Assembly (NCBI GenBank): GCA_964200185.2
Contig: CAXNAD020000027.1
Coordinates: 1-43,694 of the forward strand
DNA: 43,694 nt
Direction: 5' to 3'
Origin: Choristocarpus tenellus KU-1152
Taxonomy: Eukaryota; Protista; Phaeophyceae
Part shown: in pieces, positions 37,501 to 43,694 of the stretch
How the letters are laid out: every line of letters begins with the position of its first letter
Position numbering within the stretch: the first letter of the stretch is position 1
The notes under the pieces: generated by a model
Seen by the model: only the letters and a program-made list of their open reading frames with translations
Databases searched by the model: none
Told to the model about the DNA's origin: nothing
Position numbers and translations under genes: made by a program

Positions 37501-38446
37501 CACAAATGCCACAAAAGAGATGTGGAAGAATCTGATTAGTTTACAACCACGAAAGGCTGGTGGAGAAGGAGGCATGTCCCGAGAGGACTTAATTGCTTCC
37601 ATTGCCAAGGATATTGAGAGCAAGGTTCCCATCCAGAGTATGGATGTGGGCAGCTATGATCTCATGAATGTTCGAAGGAAGATTATAGGCGGCAACGGTG
37701 GAGAAGCACCTAGCCCTTGTCAGGTGGTCTTAATGCAGGAATTGGAGCGCTGGAATGCCCTTGTAATAAAGATGGCGACCTCCCTTATGGATTTGCGAAA
37801 AGCCCTCACAGGAGAGATTGGTATGAGTGATGAGTTGGATGGTGTGGGTGATTCACTCTACAATGGTTTCCTTCCTAGCACATGGCGGCGTCTCTGTCCT
37901 AATACCCAAAAACCCCTCGGGACATGGATGCTTCATTTCTCCAAGAGGTATAAACAGTATGAAGGATGGTTGGCCGAGGGTGAACCTGCGGCAATGTGGT
38001 TATCGGGCCTACACATTCCTGAGAGTTATCTCACTGCACTTGTTCAGACCACATGTCGTATTCGACATTGGCCACTTGACAAATCCACCTTGTATACACA
38101 TGTTACTCAGTACAAGGCACTCGACGACATTCCGGGCAAGTTAGAGTCAGGTTGCTTTGTGACTGGTCTTTATCTTGAGGGGGCAGCATGGGATATTGAA
38201 GAGTCCTGCTTAGTTAGGCAGAATCCCAAGATTTTAGTGACAGAGCTTCCTGCACTACAGATAATCCCTATTGAAGCCTCCAAGCTTAAGCTGCAAAGCA
38301 CATTTAAAACACCAGTGTATGTGACACAAGACCGAAGGAATGCAATGGGCGTTGGACTTGTGTTTGAAGCAGACCTTCGGACATTTGAACACCCAAGTCA
38401 TTGGGTACTACAAGGAGTGGCGCTCAGTCTGAACACAGACACTTGA
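9364..38446 (+). CDS. DNAH10: Axonemal dynein heavy chain, inner arm I1/f alpha type (DNAH10 / Chlamydomonas DHC1 orthologue), 22 exons, ~4688 aa
   Basis: Hand-spliced exons: 9364-10551, 11376-11488, 11763-11946, 12085-12309, 12697-12822, 13017-13403, 13605-14003, 15605-15912, 16056-16221, 17456-17776, 19214-19654, 20376-20789, 21639-22010, 22149-22472, 23110-23283, 25158-25376, 25636-25932, 26320-26838, 27469-27828, 28029-28382, 29073-32300, 34499-38446. Total 14067 nt in one open frame. Dynein motifs: [44 protein letters not shown] (DNAH10-like tail), [45 protein letters not shown]1 [35 protein letters not shown]2 GPTGGGKS, P3 GESGTAKT, P4 GVGGSGKKS, coiled-coil stalk, C-terminal HWVLQGVAL. 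Confidence 0.93.
14875..14919. repeat. Short tandem repeat TCATTAGAGAGGCAAC x2 plus partial, in dynein intron 7
   Basis: tcattagagaggcaac tcattagagaggcaac taac tcattagag. Confidence 0.85.
15251..15508. mobile_element. Non-autonomous DNA transposon (MITE), Sola2-like, copy 1, in dynein intron 7
   Basis: 258 bp. TIRs GAGCCAAAGTATCTTAGAGGGTA ... TACCCTCTAAGATACTTTCACTC (21/23 match). Subterminal inverted repeat GTCCATTTGGGG/CCCCAAATGGAC. Flanked by 4-bp direct repeat ATAT (15247-15250, 15509-15512). Second copy at 33057. Confidence 0.88.
16899..17206 (+). pseudogene. Probable decayed Tc1/mariner transposase N-terminal fragment in dynein intron 9
   Basis: Broken translation [34 protein letters not shown] / [26 protein letters not shown] / TTQSAL..AAHLN resembles, from memory, the paired-HTH and GxxGRK linker region of plant/stramenopile mariner-like transposases. 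It has stops and frameshifts. No TIRs or DDD domain seen. Confidence 0.45.
22786..22925. repeat. 13-bp minisatellite (TACTCAT[AT/GT/GC]ATCA) x10 plus partial copy, in dynein intron 14
   Basis: Directly visible tandem array. Only the two central bases vary. Confidence 0.95.
29073..32300 (+). CDS. DNAH10: Dynein heavy chain exon 21 (AAA2-AAA4 and start of stalk), 3228 bp
   Basis: Acceptor CTTCTAG|GTAGACAAG ([10 protein letters not shown]). Motifs [66 protein letters not shown]. Donor CAG|GTGGGT. Confidence 0.95.
33057..33315. mobile_element. Non-autonomous DNA transposon (MITE), Sola2-like, copy 2, in dynein intron 21
   Basis: 259 bp, colinear with copy 1 and in the same orientation (roughly 80% identical by eye). 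Ends AAGTCAAAGTATCTTAGAGGGTA ... TACCCTCTAAGATACTTTCACTC. Flanked by ATCC (33053-33056, 33316-33319). Confidence 0.88.
34499..38446 (+). CDS. DNAH10: Dynein heavy chain terminal exon 22 (MTBD, stalk CC2, AAA5, AAA6, C-terminal domain), 3948 bp
   Basis: Acceptor CAACCAG|TGCTGT is in frame with ORF 34559-38446. Motifs [53 protein letters not shown]. Stop TGA at 38444-38446. Confidence 0.95.
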   Translation, partial: CCVLRPGGEKYEETWADAKKMLSNSKLLDNLKNYPKDSITEKMIKAVKRYFKNPNLTVDNMKSVSKAGLGLLSWVAAITKYYDIAKNVEPLRLKVRDMEKAQQQATKELAELMDLLSKLNSEISELNMNYETANGELSQLQLQASLMEKRLTAASKLITGLTGERTRWTVDIGDLQQQQTRLVGDCLLASSFLSYLGAFTTEYRADLVYGRFFEDLVMRQVPVMQPFHLEDLLTTDATVQGWVAKGLPADEHSVQNGILTTKASRFPLCVDPQQQAVSWIKNTYEGSNLTVKSLNEPDFMKHLELAIQFGNPFLFENIDEELDPMLDPVLEKNVVQDGPSKTIKLGDKVVDWDDGFRLFFTTKLANPNYSPEVMGKTMLINYGVTMDGLANQLLNVVVAHERQDLEESYAVLVHDMSENAQLIVQLEDTLLKELSNSQGNILDNQELIQTLENTKTKAEEIKVELEKAAFTKEEIGDARAVYKPVAKRGSILYFAEAGLAAIMSMYEISLDSFLGVFSAALDAAKRDVVLDSRINNMVNSVTRNIYDYTCTGIFERHKLMFSFQMTCMILDGDGNLSQPELDFFLKGDVSLDGATKTNSAPWLSDQGWKDLLCLASMGDVYRDLVDHFGNNTDSWQDWQNCEAPEDVGFPGNFNEQLQPLQKLCVTRCFRPDRVYNAVKIMVMETMGDTFVQPPVLDYNRIFYQSSPSMPMVFILSPGADPQSDIQSLGDELGFTGNKFKFISLGQGQGPLAELMMEQGYQKGHWVLLQNCHLLASWLKNLEKSLELMKSPHKDFRLWLTTEPTDKFPLGILQRSLKVVTEPPDGLKLNMRSTYSKIDQSIIDECPHWAFRPCLYVLAFLHAVVLERRKYGKIGWNVKYDFNESDLLISRRLLSLYLAKAFEDGDEFLPWGSLKYLIGDAMYGGRVSDDMDRRVLVTYLQEYMGDFLFDDCQKFFFSRAGYDYELPEWGPMENYMGMIENLPLINSPAVFGLHPNAEIGYYTNATKEMWKNLISLQPRKAGGEGGMSREDLIASIAKDIESKVPIQSMDVGSYDLMNVRRKIIGGNGGEAPSPCQVVLMQELERWNALVIKMATSLMDLRKALTGEIGMSDELDGVGDSLYNGFLPSTWRRLCPNTQKPLGTWMLHFSKRYKQYEGWLAEGEPAAMWLSGLHIPESYLTALVQTTCRIRHWPLDKSTLYTHVTQYKALDDIPGKLESGCFVTGLYLEGAAWDIEESCLVRQNPKILVTELPALQIIPIEASKLKLQSTFKTPVYVTQDRRNAMGVGLVFEADLRTFEHPSHWVLQGVALSLNTDT

Positions 38447-40521
38447 TTTTTGGTATGGATATATTGTTTTTTACCAGTGCTGAAGCATCCAGTGCTGAGC
38501 TACAATAGAATTTAAGATAATTTATTTCAACTGCAATGGTCATGCTCAAGTAGTGTTAGTTTGCTACACTACCTGTAATACAGCAAAACAGTGGTCAATG
38601 CAAGAGTTGGAAATTAATACAAAAATAGTCAATATATGCATGATAGCAAAACTTTCTTCTGTAGCATTGAAATGCAAACATACAATTGCAACCTGGAAAG
38701 AAAAATTGGAAAAAGTAATTCGACAATCTAAAGCACCATGAAGTATGCACTTGGGGTGTTCTTTTTGCTCTGACTTGAAGTGCACCCCAACTGCTGTCTT
38801 GGTCTTACTGACAAATACCTGCATTGATACCTACTCCGTAGCTTGGCTCCAACCTATTACTAAGTTGCCCTGCCCCGACACAGTCATACCTATTTTTTTC
38901 AGCATAATCTCTCCTCTCAATACAAAAAAAACATGATCACTATTTATGTGGAGGATTAGTTGAGGCCCTAAGAAGGTGGCTGGAGTTGTTTGGATTAAAT
39001 CATCGCGAACAATTCTAACCCGGCGCTGGCATTTAAATAGACTGAGAAAAGGGTAGGGGCATCAAATGAGTATTGAAGCAGCAAAGACAAGAATGAGAGT
39101 TGACACAATATTTCTTCTGTACATTCAGAGTGTTTTTTAAACAGGGGTTTTACAACAGGATAAGAAGACCAGGGATATGTTTTCGAAATATTCATTGTTA
39201 CCTTAGCTAACAACAACAATGGGTATTTTAATCCTCAGCTTTTTACTGGTAACAAACAGGGGTGTCTCCTTACTGATCTAAGATATTACTTCTGTGACCA
39301 TGGTATTCAGTTCCTTCCCACACACCTGCTACTACTAACTACCTTTGCCATCCAAATTAAATATCTCGCCATTAACTTTAATCACACCCATTCTGTGATA
39401 TTAGTCATCAGGCGTTGAGGAGACAGGGCAGTGTTGTCCTATCTAGATTTGCATAGTGTTTTCCCAGACTTAAGGGTTTTCATGATCCCCCTCTCAGCAG
39501 ACGATGAGGTCCAGCGTTGGAAGACCAGCCATATGATGTTGTTCTGTTGGTTTTGGACAAAGTGACCTGGTCAGGGGAACTCTTTTCCTCTTTCTTAATT
39601 ACTATTTTTTCGTCCACTTCCTAAACATGTCCAAAATGTGATGACTACAAAAATGTCACTTGCACCCAGTCGCCAATTGTGCTCAAGTTCAATCATAAGA
39701 TTAAAATTACTGTTATACTACAATTATTAGCAAAAATAAAAAAACTGTTGTATTTTTGCTTTGTCTTCACATTAGTCAGAGGAACATCCTTAACCACCAG
39801 TTCAACAAGAGCTACTACTGTCGGATTATGTTCACATACAAATTGATGTATTTATCTCCTTGTACCACCCTAGCATCACCCTATGCCCTCAACTATCACC
39901 TTCATCCCGCATGACCCCACGTACCACCCTACGACATGTCCAATTCTATCACTTCCATCACCCATGTCCAGTTCGTACCGTAAGCAGGTGGCTTAACAAT
40001 CTTATTTCTATGCCTAACTGTGTGGATATCCCCCCAAATACCTCAGATGCTTGCCGACACCAATTCTTGTTGTTTATCATGCGTGTCCCCCTTAGCTGCC
40101 AAACACACTCCCCTTCACCCTTGTGGTAAAGATTGCCCAGAAGTTGCCTCTATTCTGTCCTACTGTTGTCCTTCTACCCCTACCTTCGGTTTTAGATCCG
40201 TCCAAGCAAATGTGTAACTGACACAGAAGCAAAATTCAACATGGTCAAATTGTCACTGGTACTTTTTTGGTAATGGTCAGCTATTGGGTAGGGGAAGCGG
40301 TGAACAGGTTGGCAGCAATTTTTTAATACTTAGACTCATGTAAAATACTTCAAAATGCTGCCCCTCAAGTCGCCATTGGTATGCTGTGAATATTGAATTG
40401 TTGGACTATTGAAACAGAAATAAAACAGTTTGATCCTAACAAACTTTGTGTAAATGCTCTAAATTGTTACCTTATTTGGTGTTTAAAATGGCGAAACACT
40501 GGTGTTGACTCATCCAGCCAT

Positions 40522-40771
40522 TTTGTAACCCACACTTAATTGTTCAACTGCAAAATGTTCATACTTAAGTGGCAGTTAAAATATTTATGGAAGAGTGGTT
40601 ATGTGTATCTGTAAATGACTTTGTTAGGATCGATTTAAACTGTGTCATTTGTAACCCACACTTAATTCTTCACCTGCAAAATGTTCATGTGTAAGTGGCA
40701 GTTAAAATATGTATGGAAAAGTGGCTATGTGTATCAGTAAATGATTTTGTTAGGATCGATTTAAGCTATGT
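40522..40771. repeat. Tandem duplication, 126-bp period, two diverged copies
   Basis: GTAACCCACACTTAATT...GTTAGGATCGATTTAA starts at 40525 and again at 40651, with scattered substitutions between copies. Confidence 0.92.
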
Positions 40772-42240
40772 GTGGTACTGTCATATACCTGAGAATCCTA
40801 CCTCTACGTATTTCTACATATGAGAGAACTGCCAAGAGTTACCTGAATTTGGACCATAACAACGAGGTGCTAGGATGTCACATTACCAAGTCCCCTATAG
40901 ACAAACTCTTCAAAAAGGGCCTACTATAGCATGTATCGTTCCATACTACACATTTACTGTACCACCTTGAAACCAAAGTATTTGTTTAACATAATTCGCT
41001 GTTTTCAAATATTTTTTTCAAATCACGCATATAGTCCATTGGCATCATTGCTTTATTAATTGCACATCCAAAATATTTAGCATACATATCGGAAATCTCC
41101 AACACTACTTGAATGGGTAGTCAGAAAATTAAGTCTCAAGACAAAAAGAAAGGTCATTTTATTAGTATTTGGTATATATCAGCAAATCTCTACGTCTTCT
41201 TAAGGAAATACAAGTGTTTGTCAATTTTATGCCATGCCTCATCACATAATCCGTTCACAATGATGAATATTCAATAATATTTCTCCCACCTACACAATAA
41301 CATCGAGTCTACAAAGCAAAAAAGCAAGGCAGATGTTGCAAAGCACACATGCAAAGCAAGGGCAAGTTGGAGGTGCATCTAGCCGACCAAATCAGAGTTT
41401 GTGTCCCTTCTTCGCCCTTCACCCTTATCTCTCTCCCTTTCTTCCCCTCTGTTATTACCCCAATCTTCTCTTTCACCCGCCTGCCATGGTTCATCATTAT
41501 TAAGCTTTTAGAAATTTCTTTTTTCAATGTTGGAACAGGCGATGACTGCAAATATGTAGTCGAAAGATGAAAGGTGGTAAGTTTAATACAAGACTGTACC
41601 TCATGTAAGCATACGAAAACACTAGACTCTTTCATCCATCCTTATTTCTCAGCAAAGCTTCCCTCACTCCTGTCCTGAAATTGTATTATACAAAAATCAT
41701 TCTATTTCTTCCAGCTCGTCTACCGTCCTTCCTGCACACCCCTCCAGCAAATATCCGCAACCTACACCTCTCATCCTACGATTTTGACAACCCACAATTC
41801 AAACAGGGCACTCCACTCATTGCAACCTTGACAGATGTCACATCTAAATATAAGATATCATGATCCATACACCTCTTTCCAATGTCGCCAAACCTCAAAA
41901 ACTCAATACCTTGCCTGATCCAACAAACATATCCCCAAGCCCCCGTCCAGTACTAGAAACTAGACCATAATCATGAGCTTCCCATATTGGTAAGCTGTCC
42001 CGAGTATGTAGATATTCCTGAAAGTTGTCACATTTTCCCCTCTTGCATGACGTACTGGGTGCAATAGCAAGAGAAACAAGAAGGAAGACATGGCTAAAGT
42101 TGGGGATGATAGGTTGAGAGAAAAATAACTATTTCGTCAGTTCCTCAAGAACGGTTTGGACATTAGGTGGGAACATTAGTCGTGGGGCTCAAGATGCAAA
42201 GCGCTCAACACCCCACCAAACTCAACAGATTTCTCCCAGG

Positions 42241-43161
42241 ATGGGACAACGCCAGCGCATGGATAGGGCAGCACAGATAGAGGACAAAAGTTTGGCCCCA
42301 CACTCTGGACAGTGGGCATCTTCCTGGCTGGAGCAGCGCCAGCGGGTGGACTACACATCCCAGCTGTACGACCTGGAGGAGGGTGAAGACACAGACATGA
42401 ACCACTTCGTGTCAACCCTCATACAGCAGAACAATGACGACGTGTACTGCCTTATGGGTCTCATGGGGGAGGTGGCAAAAGGTGCAGACGAGCCGTCTAC
42501 AACAAAGGAGGCCTTGAGTGGGCCGGATGCGGAGCAGTGGCAGGAGGCCATGGAGAAGGAAATGGAAGGGCTATGGCATAAGGGGACGTTTGGCGTCGAG
42601 GCTCTGCCCCAAGGGAGGAAGGCGATCAAGACACGATTCGTTTTAAAAATCAAGCACTCTGCAGACGGGACGGTGAATCGCTGTAAGGTGCAACTCGTGT
42701 TCCGCAGCTTCACACAAAATGCAGGTGTGGACTACTTCGAAACCTTCAGCCCGGTGGTGGGGTACGACACACTACGGTGCGTCATGTCCTTCGCAGCGTA
42801 CAGAGGTAGGAGCATCGATGCCCTCGACACACAAGCCTACCTCAACGCAGACCTGCAGGAGGACGTCTGGCTGGATCTTCCGGATTGCTGCACCGTCAAG
42901 GCAGAGAAGGCAATCTATGGGCTGAAGCAGTCAGCCATGAAGTGGTATCACGAACTACGCGGCACCATCCTGGCGGAAGGGTGGAGGAGCAGCCAACACG
43001 ATGAGTGCCTCTACTTCAGGAAGAGTGAAGACGGACGCATCGCCATCCTCACCACCTATGTGGACGACACCGCCACCACTGGGGACTTCAAGGAGGAGAT
43101 CCAGAGGATGAGGGCATCACTCCTGGAGAAGTACGAGGGGAGGGACCTTGGCACGCCGGAC
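42241..43161 (+). mobile_element. Decayed Ty1/Copia pol fragment (integrase-RT linker and reverse transcriptase, RVT_2 type), 5'-truncated and interrupted
   Basis: Motifs EPSTTKEAL..WQEAMEKEM, GRKAIKTRFVLKIK, GVDYFETFSPVV, AYLNADLQEDV, KAIYGLKQSAMKWY, DECLY, YVDD. Degenerate motifs RCKVQLVFRSF (for RYKARLVARGF) and a shortened D-x-x-x-AYL. No gag or integrase upstream. The ORF ends where the LTR begins. Confidence 0.92.
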
Positions 43162-43532
43162 TGAGCAATATAGACTGGAAGTCTATACGTTTGTTATGTG
43201 TTTGATAGCCACTATTATGTAACAGAGGTGTTGACTGAGTAGATAAATTGTCAATCACTTGTTTCCTAAAACTTAGTATAATAGGTTTGAATCTCTTATG
43301 GGTTCATTTCTTATTGATTTATATAAGTGGCTGATGCAGAACGACTGACGTAGTGCGACTTACACAGACACGTTCTGACGTGTCTGCTGACGTGCACAAC
43401 AGATAACAAGGCAGAGCACCCCCCACCTCGAGGGATGGTGCCCCACCTTGAGGGATGGTGCTCACACCGCTAATAAATTCATTCATACCACATAAAGCAA
43501 AAGCTCTATTCTAACAGCTCTTTTTTTGCACA
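43162..43532 (+). mobile_element. 5' LTR (371 bp) of a second Copia element nested in the RT fragment
   Basis: Begins TGAGCAA and ends TTGCACA (TG..CA, 6/7 inverted). TATA-like TTATATAAG at ~43319, AATAAA at ~43472, internal 20-bp tandem repeat at 43421-43460. Followed immediately by a PBS-like sequence and a gag start. Confidence 0.82.
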
Positions 43533-43543
43533 GGTTACGAGCC
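43533..43543 (+). other. Primer binding site GGTTACGAGCC, internal (half) tRNA-iMet type
   Basis: Directly after the LTR-terminal CA. One mismatch to GGTTATGAGCC, the complement of the initiator tRNA-Met anticodon stem-loop used by copia/Ty5-type elements. Confidence 0.7.
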
Positions 43544-43551
43544 TCACAGGT

Positions 43552-43694
43552 ATGGAAGTGGACCCACGTAAGCTGCCACTATGGATTGGCGCGCGTGGCC
43601 ATACAAGGAAGAACTGGGCAGAATGGCGGATGGCCCTGGAAAGCTATGCGGGCGGCAAGGGACTGTACCGCATCCTCCAAACAGCATACCACAT
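43552..43694 (+). CDS. Copia gag N-terminus (partial, runs off window)
   Basis: MEVDPRKLPLWIGARGHTRKNWAEWRMALESYAGGKGLYRILQTAYH fits the N[YW]xxWxxxxxxxxxxxGL[WY] Copia gag start. Open to the window end; 8 bp after the PBS. Confidence 0.78.
   Translation, partial: MEVDPRKLPLWIGARGHTRKNWAEWRMALESYAGGKGLYRILQTAYH

Noticed and set aside
9364-38446. Many separate dynein-like ORFs as multiple genes or a pseudogene
   Set aside because: All join into one uninterrupted 14067-nt frame with GT/GC-AG introns and a single ordered set of domains.
38745-38792. Inverted repeats (TTGGGGTG/CACCCCAA; GCACTT/AAGTGC) downstream of the dynein stop as a terminator or SECIS-like element
   Set aside because: Stems are short, the context is eukaryotic, there is no SECIS core, and no in-frame UGA needs recoding.
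41309-41863. Short ORFs in the intergenic region before the Copia fragment
   Set aside because: No gag, protease or integrase motifs and no recognisable domain; cannot be supported as genes.

Overview
This is a eukaryotic, intron-rich nuclear window. It probably comes from a flagellated stramenopile/ochrophyte, but that is my inference from protein style only. Two large genes lie head-to-head with only 231 bp between their start codons. On the - strand is a 12-exon Mediator subunit MED14 gene (about 9132->1513, ~1323 aa, last two exons tentative). On the + strand is a 22-exon axonemal inner-arm I1/f alpha dynein heavy chain of DNAH10/DHC1 type (9364->38446, ~4688 aa). I assembled both by hand from splice sites and frame continuity. 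The introns are unusual: 19 of 21 dynein introns are phase 0, most sit in AG|G(T) contexts, three introns need GC donors, and 20 of 21 dynein introns fall in the 5' half of the CDS. Two dynein introns carry copies of a ~258 bp MITE with GAG..CTC-type ends and different 4-bp target duplications (Sola2-like). Another intron holds a probable decayed mariner transposase. At the right end, a decayed Copia RT is cut exactly by the 5' LTR, internal-tRNA(iMet)-type PBS and gag start of a second, nested Copia. CpG is depleted in the MED14 gene body but kept around promoter regions. I found no prokaryotic-type system (CRISPR, defence operon) and no clearly novel enzyme system. The best leads are the intron architecture, the Sola-like MITE, the nested Copia and the CpG-island-like pattern.
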